A program made the position numbers and the translations under genes. Under the pieces are notes generated by a model that was not told where the DNA came from, ran no database searches, and worked only from the letters and a program-made list of their open reading frames with translations. From Guillardia theta CCMP2712 (taxonomy: Eukaryota > Protista > Cryptophyta), in assembly GCF_000315625.1 (NCBI RefSeq), contig NW_005434635.1, positions 1 through 64,000 on the forward strand: a DNA stretch of 64,000 bases, written 5' to 3'. The stretch's first letter is position 1, and every line of letters begins with the position of its first letter. Shown piece after piece: positions 23,604 to 37,435 of the stretch.

Positions 23604-26600
23604 ATGACATCAGACAACAAGGAGTCAATGGATGCCAACAACGAGGCCCTCGAGAAACAGGAATATGTCCCTCTGCTGCAGTGCATGAATGTGCTCTCGT
23701 CTTCCACGAGGTTTCGATTTGGCATTGTCAGGCTGTGCTTCTTCTTTCTTTACAATGTCATTTTTGTAGTTACACTTTTCTTACAAGTGTCGAACTATTT
23801 TGGGCCTCCAAGTTGCGGCGGATCAGGACAATGTCTATCATATTCGGCGTGGGAGCAATATCTTTACGTAGACACAATTAGAGGTGCTCTATATGAAACT
23901 TCTTGGGATCCTGCGAACTTGGTCAACAACATCTACGACATGGAAACAATGGATGATTTGAAGGGGTGGATATACAATGTGTACATACCAACCCTTCGTC
24001 CGTCAAATTCAAGCAATCCATATTATGGCATGGTACCGATTGATCCGGTTGCTGTGAAATTCTCGACGAGGCAAGGAAGGTTTTGTACAGACAACCAAGG
24101 GTTTGAATTATCCCCCAAACCTTGTCAAGGATATTACAATACCAAACCTTTCGGACCCTCTGAGGATCCAGGAAGATGGCAAAGCTATAGCGATGGAGCA
24201 CAACCAGGATACTACGGTCTTCTTGCATGGCGAGACCGTTACTTTGAGAGATCCATCAAGAACATCTCAGCAGATGGCTTTGTTTCATATCGAGTACCAA
24301 TTTACAACCCACCGTTTCTGCAAATGACCAGCAACTTAAGCAACATGAGAGTATGGAACGCTTCAACTGCTGACCAAGCGCAGAAGTTTTTTGAAACAGC
24401 GGAAGCTGACGGTCTGCTGGACAGCAATATGGTCAGTTTGACAATTTGGACCACTTTTTATTTTCCAACTACAGACATCACAGCGATGGTGCGAAGTGTG
24501 TTCGTACAGCATGACTCTGGACAAGCTAAGCTTTGTGAGGATACATGGCTGTGCTCTGACTATGGCGCATTGATGTGGACTCGAGACCTCAGACGCATGT
24601 ACACTAGCGGAAATGACATGGCCAGACTTGTTCTTGAAATCATTTTCCTTGCCATAACTCTCCTTCAACTTGTTCGAGAAGTGAAACAATTCATCAACGC
24701 GCCGGTTGTGAAAGGATCTCGCGCTGCATATTTGCTTGGAACAGGGGGATTTTGGAATTTCCTAGACATCGTTTGCTTTGTTTTCATAATAGGAATTTAC
24801 TGCCTCAAAGTCATGATGTACGTCGCTTCATCGACAGACCCGGACAGTCCAACAAGATTTTGGTCTCCTGGGTTGCCTACTTTCCTGTGGTCGTTTCATA
24901 ATGGTCTCAACGGATGGCTTATGCTGTTCCTAATTTTCCGATTTTTCAAGTATCTCGAGTTCAGCAATTCTCTTGGCATGGTCGGAGACACTTTTCAGAA
25001 AGCTGCCAAGGATCTCGCAATTTTTCTCTCTGTATTCTTGATTACGATTGTGGCATTTGCATACGCAGGTTTCTATTTTTACAGTGGAAGGATGTATGAA
25101 TTCAGCACCGTCCCAAAGTCTTTGAATACTGTTTTCAGCATAATGTTTGGCCAAGTGGATTTTCAATCCTTTGGATTCAACACCGACACGTCTTTGGGAA
25201 CATTCTCTATCGCTTTCTTATGGTCCATTACAATCATGGTTTATCTCATCTTGATCAACATGTTTCTTGCTATCATTATTGGAGCTTTCGAGTCGATTCA
25301 AGAGGACGTAAAGCGTTATAGGCTTGAAAGACTTCAAGGCAACAAGTATGTCCCCCCAGGCATCACATTCTTTGAATTCTTTCGGCCTTTGTCTACAATT
25401 GCATTTTCAGTCAAGAAAATTAAGAGAGTTCTTGCATCCTTGCAAGAAAAAGGACTGGAAGAAGGATTGTTCGTTTCGGAATTTTATCCAGAAGGTCTGA
25501 TCATGAATATGTTGCAAGACGCCGAGATCGTATCCACTCGTAGGCCGCCTATGATAGCCAGAGTATTAGGATACAACTCATTGAGGCAGGAATATTTGAT
25601 CCTATGGAAGGGAAGCAAATGCCTTTGGAGCACGCACCCGAAACTTGTTTCTTTTCAACCCAACTGGCTAAACACAGAGGAGATCAAAAGAATTGTGGAT
25701 GCACAACACAGCGATGAAAATGAGGTTTTGAACATCTCACCAATCCAAATGAAAACTTTATTGGGCATACGGGATGCTCTCTGTAAGGATGAAAAGAAGG
25801 AGGAGGAGAATTTGATTTCATGGGAGTCACGATTCATTCTTACGAGGAGAGTGCTTAATCGCAAAGCAAAGGACGATTTGAAGAGGCTGATGAACATCCC
25901 TGATATCTATGACGACACATTCTGGACGCGAGGGAGCGCAAACTTGGTCGCCTACAGCGTGAACATGGATCCAGATTATCTCGAGGCTAAGTATCGGTAC
26001 ATTGTCGGCCGTGTCAAGCAAGACAGCAACGGCCGAGTCAAGCGAGACAGCAACTGCCTAGCCGAGCGAGACAGGTTGCGGATCAAATTAGAAACAGGAA
26101 ACAAGCTGACTGCAATGGAGCTCCATGCATTGTACATCAAACGCCTATTGCCAACAGCCGTCCGTGAAAAGATCGAAGAGTCTCTGCGTGAAGCTTATGC
26201 AAAGGTTGGTCTCTCGTTGCCGAACACCTTGATACATTTCAAAATCCAAGAAGAGGTTGCGAATTTCGTTGGAGATGCTGGCTCTGAGATATGTGAGTTA
26301 TGTCTCACTAAAACGGAAGCACAGGATATCATCCACGAAAGCACACAATTGACCGATGCCTTCTTCGAAAAATTCAGCACCAGAAGACATATCAGTGACT
26401 TTCCGAACAGCTTAGGGGCTCTTGGCATTGAAGAATATTCAAGATATGCAAACGAGGAGAACTATGAGTTTGCTTATGGGAATGACAAAGATGATAGCTT
26501 GACGGACATCTCTCTGAAACAAGTGATGAAGGGTATCAAAAAGATCCAGAATCAGCTGAAGAAGCCCAAGAGTGTACCAAAACCATCTACAGCAGACTTG

Positions 26601-26609
26601 CACAAATAG
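23604..26609 (+). CDS. Polycystin-2 (TRPP/PKD2)-like cation channel, intronless
   Basis: S1, large extracellular loop, FWNFLDIV, FRFFKYLEF, DLAIFLSVF...AFAYAG, pore helix FSTVPKSLNTVFSIMFGQVDF, and S6 LILINMFLAII. The start codon is uncertain (23541/23580/23604). Confidence 0.9.
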   Translation: MTSDNKESMDANNEALEKQEYVPLLQCMNVLSSSTRFRFGIVRLCFFFLYNVIFVVTLFLQVSNYFGPPSCGGSGQCLSYSAWEQYLYVDTIRGALYETSWDPANLVNNIYDMETMDDLKGWIYNVYIPTLRPSNSSNPYYGMVPIDPVAVKFSTRQGRFCTDNQGFELSPKPCQGYYNTKPFGPSEDPGRWQSYSDGAQPGYYGLLAWRDRYFERSIKNISADGFVSYRVPIYNPPFLQMTSNLSNMRVWNASTADQAQKFFETAEADGLLDSNMVSLTIWTTFYFPTTDITAMVRSVFVQHDSGQAKLCEDTWLCSDYGALMWTRDLRRMYTSGNDMARLVLEIIFLAITLLQLVREVKQFINAPVVKGSRAAYLLGTGGFWNFLDIVCFVFIIGIYCLKVMMYVASSTDPDSPTRFWSPGLPTFLWSFHNGLNGWLMLFLIFRFFKYLEFSNSLGMVGDTFQKAAKDLAIFLSVFLITIVAFAYAGFYFYSGRMYEFSTVPKSLNTVFSIMFGQVDFQSFGFNTDTSLGTFSIAFLWSITIMVYLILINMFLAIIIGAFESIQEDVKRYRLERLQGNKYVPPGITFFEFFRPLSTIAFSVKKIKRVLASLQEKGLEEGLFVSEFYPEGLIMNMLQDAEIVSTRRPPMIARVLGYNSLRQEYLILWKGSKCLWSTHPKLVSFQPNWLNTEEIKRIVDAQHSDENEVLNISPIQMKTLLGIRDALCKDEKKEEENLISWESRFILTRRVLNRKAKDDLKRLMNIPDIYDDTFWTRGSANLVAYSVNMDPDYLEAKYRYIVGRVKQDSNGRVKRDSNCLAERDRLRIKLETGNKLTAMELHALYIKRLLPTAVREKIEESLREAYAKVGLSLPNTLIHFKIQEEVANFVGDAGSEICELCLTKTEAQDIIHESTQLTDAFFEKFSTRRHISDFPNSLGALGIEEYSRYANEENYEFAYGNDKDDSLTDISLKQVMKGIKKIQNQLKKPKSVPKPSTADLHK

Positions 26610-27108
26610 AGGGAGAAGCGCGATGCCTGAATAGATACTTGAAGGCTGAAATGAAATTGTACTATCCTTCTCTTTGTGTCTCCATCCTTAACTCATCCCC
26701 TTCACAAGCTGATGCCATTTGATTTCAATGAGTAGAGTACTGTGAAAGCTCCAATGTTGCTGATTGATCGCCTTTGATTACAAGTATCATACAGAGCCAT
26801 GTTACTGTGTTGTCAACCCGGGTAATCAGAGTCAGCCAAGTTTCATTCCGAGAACCTCAAAAGCTTCGCAAGTGTGGCAGTTGAGTGTTTTCACATCACA
26901 GGGGCAGTGATTGAGATGCGCTCGTTCGTACGGGGCCCGGGGCTGAGACCATGGCCCGTGCCGGCCGGCCCTGGTCACCCGGTGCCGGCCGGCCGGGGCC
27001 GCCCGGCAGCCGCGCCGGAGAGCAGAGTCCGATCTGAGTTTTGTTGAGTTGAGTTGGTACAATAACGGATTAGTAACGGATCGATTCCTTTATGACTGAG
27101 TTGCTTAC

Positions 27109-28548
27109 ATGTCAGTGGCACAGATGGCGCTTGCGCTGCTTCACGTGGCCTCGACCTGCGCGTTCATGGCGCCTGTCTCTTCGCCATGCCGGAGTCTTGA
27201 AGCCTCTAGAACCATGTCTCACAACAGAGCTGCGGCTCGACAGATCCTCAGGATGTCGACAGAGTCTTCGCACGTCGAAGCCCGAAGGTCGTAACTTATC
27301 GATGCCTCACCGCTGCCTCGTTGCTGACTCTTCAGCACTGCAGGACCTTCTTGAAGTCTGCACTGACACTTCCACTCACTCTCGCTGTCGGTCAACGGGC
27401 TGGAGCTGAAGTGTTCTTTGACACGGAGAGATACGGAGATAAGGAGTTGAAAGTTTCCACTATCAACAAGGTGAAACAGCAGTTTCGGGCCCTGTATGAG
27501 AAGAAACCAGAGCTTCTGGTCCCATTGTTTCGCCTTGCCATGGAAGACGCTCTCTCCTTCGATGCCGGAACCAGGGAGAACGGCCCCGATGGCTCAGTGT
27601 TGCAACGGGTTGGAGGGCCGGGAAGCGAGTACCTCAAGGAAGCTGCGGAAGAAGTTCGACGAATCAAGAGCGAGCTGAACAGACAGACCCAACTCACATC
27701 TGCTGATATCATTGCCTTTGCTGGTGCAGTGGCGATCGAAGCTACAGGTAAGAGCAGTAGTTTCTCCTCCTTGCAGTGCCTCTATGACATTCTGAATTTC
27801 CTGATGAAGGTGGCCCGAGGACCGTGGTTCAACTTGGACGTGCGGACGGTAAGCCGAGCTCGAAGAGCGGGATGTCTTCATGGGACTTCTCGGCTCCAAC
27901 GGCTGAAGGAATCCTTGGAGCCATGTCCAAGAGCGGGTTGACTGCTAAGGAAGCAGTGCTGCTGGCTGGAGCCATCGGTTCCTTGAACCAAGCAAGCCTC
28001 AACATGAAGGAGGCCATCGCTAACAAGGTGCCTGTCTAGTATGCCTGTGGTGAAAGTGACGGGAACAAGGTTGTCTGCGATGTGGAAGATCCTTCCTGCA
28101 CGTCAGAGGAAGAAGGGTACTACGGACTTTACTCCCCCGTCACCATCAGATCTGAGACGAGCAACCTTTACGGCAAGAATCGAGGTGCTAGTGCTGTGAA
28201 CTCAAACACAGGGTTCGACTCCGCCAGAATCGCCGGTTTCTTCCTCCCTTGCTCGAAGTCGCTGTTTATTCACCATGAGTGCGCAGGGTTGGCGGGTGAC
28301 GCCAAATTTAGCAACAAGTTCCTGATAGATGCAGCAAGCGGCAAGTCGGACGATCCTCTGGCCAAGGCTCTTATGTCGGATAAGGAGATGAGCAAATGGT
28401 ACCTGACTTGTTGGAGCAGTTCAGACCTGATGGCATGTGCAGGGTGATGGAGTATGGCAAGAAGGGGAACAACAACAAGTTCGTGAAGGACTGCGAGAAA
28501 TGCTATGTTGCTCTCACGGAGTTGGGCCGTTCTAACACGAGCAGATGA
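27109..28548 (+). CDS. TL29/APX4-like thylakoid-lumen heme-peroxidase-fold protein, multi-exon
   Basis: RLAMEDALSFDAGTRENGPDGSV, SADIIAFAGAVAIEATGG, VQLGRAD and FSNKF motifs of the APX fold. Presequence is a signal peptide (TCA-F), a transit peptide, and a twin-arginine ARRTFLKS...AGA signal. Confidence 0.85.
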
Positions 28549-28917
28549 TCAAAATCTCGTTTAAATGAGAAGTACAAGCAAGACACACGCATGCGACATG
28601 TTTGTCTGCCATCACTGTTCCTCAACTTTGTTCCGTCAAGTTTGCAAACTGAAATTTACAATTATTGGCATTGTGACAATCTGAGGCATCAAGCGCTCAG
28701 AGGTGAAAATCGCTTAGAAATGGTGATGCAGCTCTCAGCGAGCTTCTGTTTTTTGCGTCCACCAGGATCTAAGAGGTGATCGGAGGATGTAGGGAAGCAG
28801 GAAGGGAAGAGGGCTGAGGGGAGGGGAGGAAGGGCTGAGGAGGGGGGAGAAGGGAAGGGCTGAGGAGAGTAAGGAAGGGAAGGGTTGAGAATCATATTTG
28901 AGGGGATTCGAAGTCGC

Positions 28918-29939
28918 CTAGCTGGGAAAGCTTGGTTTCAACGTGATCACCATCCCGCCCTCTTGATCCTGCGCCACATGAGCTCAGTCAGCAGTAGCAC
29001 GGGAGGGAACTGAGCCGTTACCTTGATGGTCTGCGAGTACATGGGCTTGAGGAAGGTGAGGGGAGGGTAAAGCACTTCCTGTCAGGTTGTGCACGTGACC
29101 CCCTTCCTCCTCTGCTTTCACCATCGTCACCTGCTCATCCGGGAAAGTTGAGAGCCACTGAATGTTTGCTCCGAGCTCCATTGGACTGTCAACCTTTGAC
29201 ACAACAGAGTCAGGCAGATCTGCTGCATGTCAAAGTTCCTACGCGGATGCGGAAGAGAAGGGGAGTCCCAGAGTTCGCGTATCCTGCGGCAGAAGCTTTT
29301 GGCTGATGGAGAGGTGAGAGGAAAGGTAACCTGCGACCACTGACAGTTCCTCTGATGTCGACATGCATGCCATCTCCGTCCCTGCGATCGCTCAGCTTCA
29401 TCACAGCAACGGGCAGAGGAGGAAGAGGTCACCTCCCATCCTCAGGAAGTCCTCATTGACGGTCCTGTTCTTCATCCCCCTCCACAGATACCTGCTTGCT
29501 CTCTCAACCCTCCCAACTCCCAGCACTCCCTCACCTGCTCGTGAACTTGTTGTTTCCTGACAGGTGGACAGCTCGGAGCTTCTTGAGACCCTAGGAGGGA
29601 TTGAGGGACAAGAGAAGGGTTGAAAAGGAATGGGAGGGTATGAAAGAGGGGAGTGGAGGGTGGGGGGGGAAAAGGAGGGAAGTGAGAGGGGGAGAGAAGA
29701 GAAGAAGAGGAGGAGGGCGAGCAGTGAGCAGCAAACCTCATAGATGAAGTAGGTAGTGAGAGATCTGAAGGTTTGCAAGGTCAAGAGGTCAACACGAGCA
29801 TTTTTTATCGTCATCGCTCACAAGGGGTGGGGAGTGACTTTGGCTCTCAGAGGTCCGTTGATTGCCCTGAAAGAGCTTGTGGTATAGAGTCTGAGGGCTG
29901 CCACCTGAGGTCTGAGTCAGCCACAGTCGGCCGCTCCCC

Positions 29940-29986
<47 letters not shown>

Positions 29987-32900
29987 CGTGTCGTCTCCGT
30001 CCACACACCCCTCCTCGACTTGTCAATCTCTTGTTCAACATTCACCTCGTATTTCTGGAGCTGAGCTGTTCGAGCATACGGGTGGCTGTGGAAGTAGTCC
30101 AGTTTGTATCCAGCATGTCCCTGGCCAGGAGGGTGAGGACAGGCTTTCTTGCAGTAGTCTTGTCCCACCTTGTCGCGTGTCGTCTTCCTCCCATCATTCC
30201 CTATCATCTCCACCTCCTCCGCTGCCCCGTTGATCACGTACTCCGCGTTTTCAACATCTTCCTGCGTCACCCATTCCTGACAGTCAACGGCTGCTTGTCG
30301 GATCTGCAAGACAAGAGCATCAGCCTCGTTCCCTCCACACTCTCGTCTAGCCTCATCGAGCATCTTCTGCAAGCAAGACCCCGGATCCCTCAAGGCGTTG
30401 GATCTCTGCGGCAGCAAGTCTGACAGGGTTCGAGGGTCACCCGTCTTCTAACCTTGGTTTCGTCCATGCCGATGGCGAACAAAATCCCCAAGGCGGCGCC
30501 AGCACTGCAGTCACAGTCAGCCTCCTGCTGCACCCCAGCAGCAGGTGTAAAGATGACTCATCGGGCTCACCCCTCTGAGAAGAGCGCTTGATCCGGCATC
30601 CCGTCCGAGACAAACTTGTCCATCTTGTTCGAAAGGACTAGACCGACACCGCAACGTCGGGTCAGTACTCGGAAAGTGGGGGGAGAGAGAAATCGGATGT
30701 GAAAAGCATGAAGAAGAATCGAAAGATTAGAAGCGCACAAGTGAAAAGTTGGGCAGGAAGAGAGAGGGAAGGAAGAGGAGGATGAGCCTTGAGGGTCCAA
30801 CACCTGATCTCATCGACTTTTGTCTAAGAGAAGACAACTCTATGATATGAATAGGAGCATCGTATTTCATTGGCTCGAATATCTGGTCGGCATTCTGAAA
30901 GACGAAGTTTCCAACTCCCAGAGGCCGTGAGTTCTCATCCAACATTGCCTTCTTCCCCACCGGAAAGTATTCTGACTTCTCCCACTGCCTGTGGCGGAAG
31001 GCGAAACCTCCCGACTTAGTGTAGATATGATCACCCACAAACTCAGAAGGGCAGATCCAAGCGAAATGCGTGAAGCCCTGGGACCGGAACCTTTCCTCTG
31101 TCACTGATACCCACCGTTTCCCCTCATCGATGCTACTGATGGCTGTGTCAGGCAGCTTGGAAGGAGCTCCGACATAGAGAACTTTTGCATTTTCCTTCAT
31201 CTCTCCAAGGTAGATAGCATTGATAGCGATGATGTCGTACTTGTGATCGAAGTAGACGAATCCCCCATTGAGCAGCCAGTTACAGAAGGGATCTCCCCAG
31301 TCCATCGCACGAGGTCTTGTGCGATCCTCTGAGCCTTGTGCGATCTTGAGGGACCGGAGAAGTTGGTCGCAGCTCTTTCGAAGTTCATCACATGACCTGT
31401 GGGGCATGAAGAGGTAGCCGCCGAAGATCTCGTTCAATCTCGATTTCGTCAGACCTCCTTCAATCTTCGAGTCGTTTGCAGCAAAGAGCTTCTTGATGAT
31501 TTGAAATCTTATCCCCGGGACAAAATAATTCCCCTTTGATGACTTCCACGAATGCTTGATCACCAGGACCTTCACATGCGAGCTCGAATCCAGCAACCAC
31601 TCAGATACGATATCGATCCCGAGGATGTCATTGTCAAGGGCGTTCTTGTGCTTGCCCAACATCTCAATCTCCTCCAAGCTGAAGTTGAAAGAAATTTTCC
31701 CTTCCTCACCTTCCAAGTGCAGCAACTGGGCGAAATCTCTCAAAAGATCTTGTCTCCTGTCCTGAATAAGATGGAATGAGGTCGCTAAATCAAGTTTGAG
31801 ATTTAAGATGAGCGCAATGCCCTTTTCTTTCTTCACTTCATCTGGAGGGCTTACAACGCTCACGTCAAGGTTGAGATTGCCTTCGAACTCAGTGGAAAGT
31901 AGTGGGTAGCAGAAGGCGTAGAAATGGGCGTCTTGGGGAATCGACGCCTTCACCCGAGCTTCTGGTGGAAGCGTCACCGAGTGGATAGGAGATGCGATCA
32001 TCTCAATGTATCCCCGCTGTTCCAGACATATGTTGACGAAATCTTCTTCCTTGAGCTCCTCTTGGTCTGCATCACAAGCGTCTTGTATCTGCTTGGCAAA
32101 AGCTTCGGACAAGATTGCCCTGCAGGTTTCATCCGTGAGCAGCTTCGAGCGATAAACTGACTTGCTTTCGGGATTCGCAAGATGCTGGAACAGCCAAATA
32201 AATTCCTGAGACAGAAGGTCATATTTCAATGTCTGCAAATTCGCCATGGAGTTGTAAATGTTTCCTGTGTTGAAAGCTTGTGCGTCAAGGTTAAAACTAA
32301 TTCGATTGCCAGCCGAGTGCGTCATGTCATGCTTGTCTTGCGGATTGAGCAATTCACGGAACTTGGATATGTTGGCGCATTCTTTCACTTCCAGGAGCAG
32401 AAAAGGCGAGTTGATCATTCTAACATATCCTTTACCAGCATACGCTTGTAGACCCAGCAGCTGCATAATCCCTTCTTTGTTTGGCGTGGACTTCTTGGAC
32501 AATCGATCCAAATTGTCCCAGGTCCACGTGCTGGTGTCTTTGTCTATCAGGTTCGGCTTTTTTTTCTTAGGATCTGTGACGCACCCAGCAAATTTGAACA
32601 AGTCATGCTTCAGCTGCCTACAGTCGTCGACATCGAACAATCCTGTCAACCCTTGCACAACCTTGCGCTGTTCAGCGGATAGGGCAGGGTCTTTCACTTC
32701 TATTTCTAGTATTTGTGCCTGAGTTCCAGCCTGATTCAGCTCTCGTTGCTCTTGAAGAAGTTGTTGCTTGTACTTCTTTTTCAGTTCCTGATTATCATAG
32801 TCGTCGTGCAAGTTTTCAACAATTCTGGAAGTTTTTTCGATCAAATCCTCCTTCACGGATTCGAGCAAGGAAAGCATGAAGGTTTCCAGCTTTCGTTCTT

Positions 32901-33504
32901 TTAACATTTCTGGTGATGGGAATGTCTTTGTCATAAATCAAACATTGTCGAAGAAGACTTACCTTGAAGCTCCTTCTCCGGCGCCAGCGTAAGGAATCCA
33001 CTCTTTGCTTCCAGCATATCTTGCAAGTCCAAAAACGAGTAAAAGCAAGCAAGGGATTTTTTACTTGTGATGAAAACGTCATTTACAGCCTTGCGGAACT
33101 CTTCCCTTTTAATTATTTTCGGTTCTCCATCTTTGAGCTGCTTGATGAGCTCATCCCTTGCATCCTGTCGCCAGTTCGCGAACATGTCAAGTTTTCCAGA
33201 ATCAAGTTCCCCCTGGTGATGAGCGCAGTCATAACTCAATGCAACCATGATGGGCGAGATCTGTAGAATAAACTCATACCTGGAAGCGCTCAAGTTCTTC
33301 GGGACCCCACACCTGTTTGCTCCCTTTAAGTTTGTTGAAGACTTTGTTCATCTCTTGTAGAAACATCTCATTTTGCGAATCATTCTGTCCGCGATTCGAG
33401 TAACTTTTAAGATGAATCTCACTGCTTGTACCATCCTCTTGGCTGCTTTCTCCTGTCTTCTCCTCCCTCTCCACCCTCCTCGCACGGCTGTTCCCCGCAC
33501 CCAT
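28918..33504 (-). CDS. Large putatively myristoylated protein with C-terminal ARTC-type (R-S-ExE) mono-ADP-ribosyltransferase domain, about 14 exons
   Basis: Starts MGAGNS. The long exon joins via intron 30803-30638 (GT...ACTGAC...CTAG) in frame to VLSNKMDKF. The spliced C-terminus reads AQLQKYEVAALRLYTTSSFRAINGPLR...GLKKLRAV...YLWRGMK...GGTEMACMSTS...PLLFRI...GANIQWLSTFPDEQEVLYPPLTFL. TAG at 28920-28918. Confidence 0.82.
29942..29985. repeat. (CTG/CAG)~14 microsatellite inside intron 30045-29905 of the ART gene
   Basis: Perfect trinucleotide run. The flanking exons join as KYE|VAALRLY. Confidence 0.9.
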
Positions 33505-34396
33505 GTTGAGGAAGTTGATTCTGGCAATGGGCGCGTTGTAAAAAAACCTCACTGTCAATTGTGAGGCAGCATTGATCATATAGGGCGACCAACTACCTTC
33601 TGACTGGGGGCAGCAACGGCATTCCCGTTTCGTGTCCGACCTCCCAGGTGAACTGGTTGATTTTAGTCTCCGATACTAGCTACTGGCCGGTACATCCGTG
33701 AGGTACATTCCATGACAGACTCGATTCTCCAAGGTTGAAATGGTGGCCTATCGGCAGTCGGCCGGGACTACTTTCAGTAATGCATCAGGCCCGGTCCGCG
33801 GGCCCCGGGCCCGACCCGTCACGGTCCGAGGAGACTCAGTGACCCGGCGGCCGCGCCCACCGGCCCAGCGGACTCCGCCGGGGAGCCTCCGTAGAATATC
33901 CGCCGGGCCGTACCGTGACTCAGAGGCCCGGCGGCGTCACGTCCGATCGTAGCCGAAGACAAGGGGTACAAGAACGAAGATCAGAACAATGCTGCTCTAG
34001 GAGAGGAGGCGAGGGGTAAGGGGGAGGCAGAGAGTGAGTATGGAGGATAGTGAATGGGTATGATAGAGCAAGAACAGATTCGAGAGAGGAGCTGATAGAT
34101 TGAGTCCTACAGCATATCAGAGAGACAGATAGTACAAGTTTTAAAGGAGGGGGACAACGAGGAAAGTGAATACAGCAGAAGGTTATCGGAAAGATCGAAA
34201 GTGAGAGGCTATCCCTTCCCAACATGTTCTAGGTGAAGCTGTTCTCTGGCAAGAGTGTCCTTGTCCTGCGAGAGGAAATCGGTGCTTCATCATGGATGTG
34301 GCGTTCCATCGTGGGAACAGAAGGAAGCGAATAGGAACCATTCTGTTGTGTCGAGCACTATCTGCTCTATTTCATCATAACGTGTTTGAGCAGACC

Positions 34397-37027
<2,631 letters not shown>

Positions 37028-37435
37028 AAGCTCACCTGTACATCAACATGTTCCCCACCACCATTGAAGATGTTTGTCTAAACATCCGTGAGAGCTCCCG
37101 AACCAGCAGCTCTCAGTATCTCCTTCGCATCTCTTCCCACTGCTCTCCCTTAGCATCAACAGCAGCTCTCGCTGCAAGGCTTGCTGTCCTTGGTCTTCGT
37201 CCTCGACCTGACGGAGCTGTCACATGCCTCGAGCCACGTCCGTTCCCCCTGCCATCGGCAGCGCACAGGGGATCGTTGCTTGCCTGGGGAGGGGGGAGGA
37301 GAACTTTCAGACCTGATTGGAATTAGAGGGGAAGGGGCGCATCGAATGTGGCCGGGAGGGAAGATGTTGACGTGAGGGCAGCGAACATGGCGGAGGAGAG
37401 TAGCTGACGCGCTCAGCCTGTTGGTCGTTGGGAGG

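Noticed and set aside
29917-30045. Polyglutamine tract in ORF 29917-30417
   Set aside because: The CAG run lies in an intron whose removal creates the conserved EVAALRLYT motif.
33261-33279. Possible 19-nt nucleomorph-style ultrasmall intron (GTATGAG...CTACAG)
   Set aside because: An in-frame acceptor about 48 nt further on (CATCACCAG) gives a typical ~67-nt intron. The tiny version cannot be supported without RNA data.
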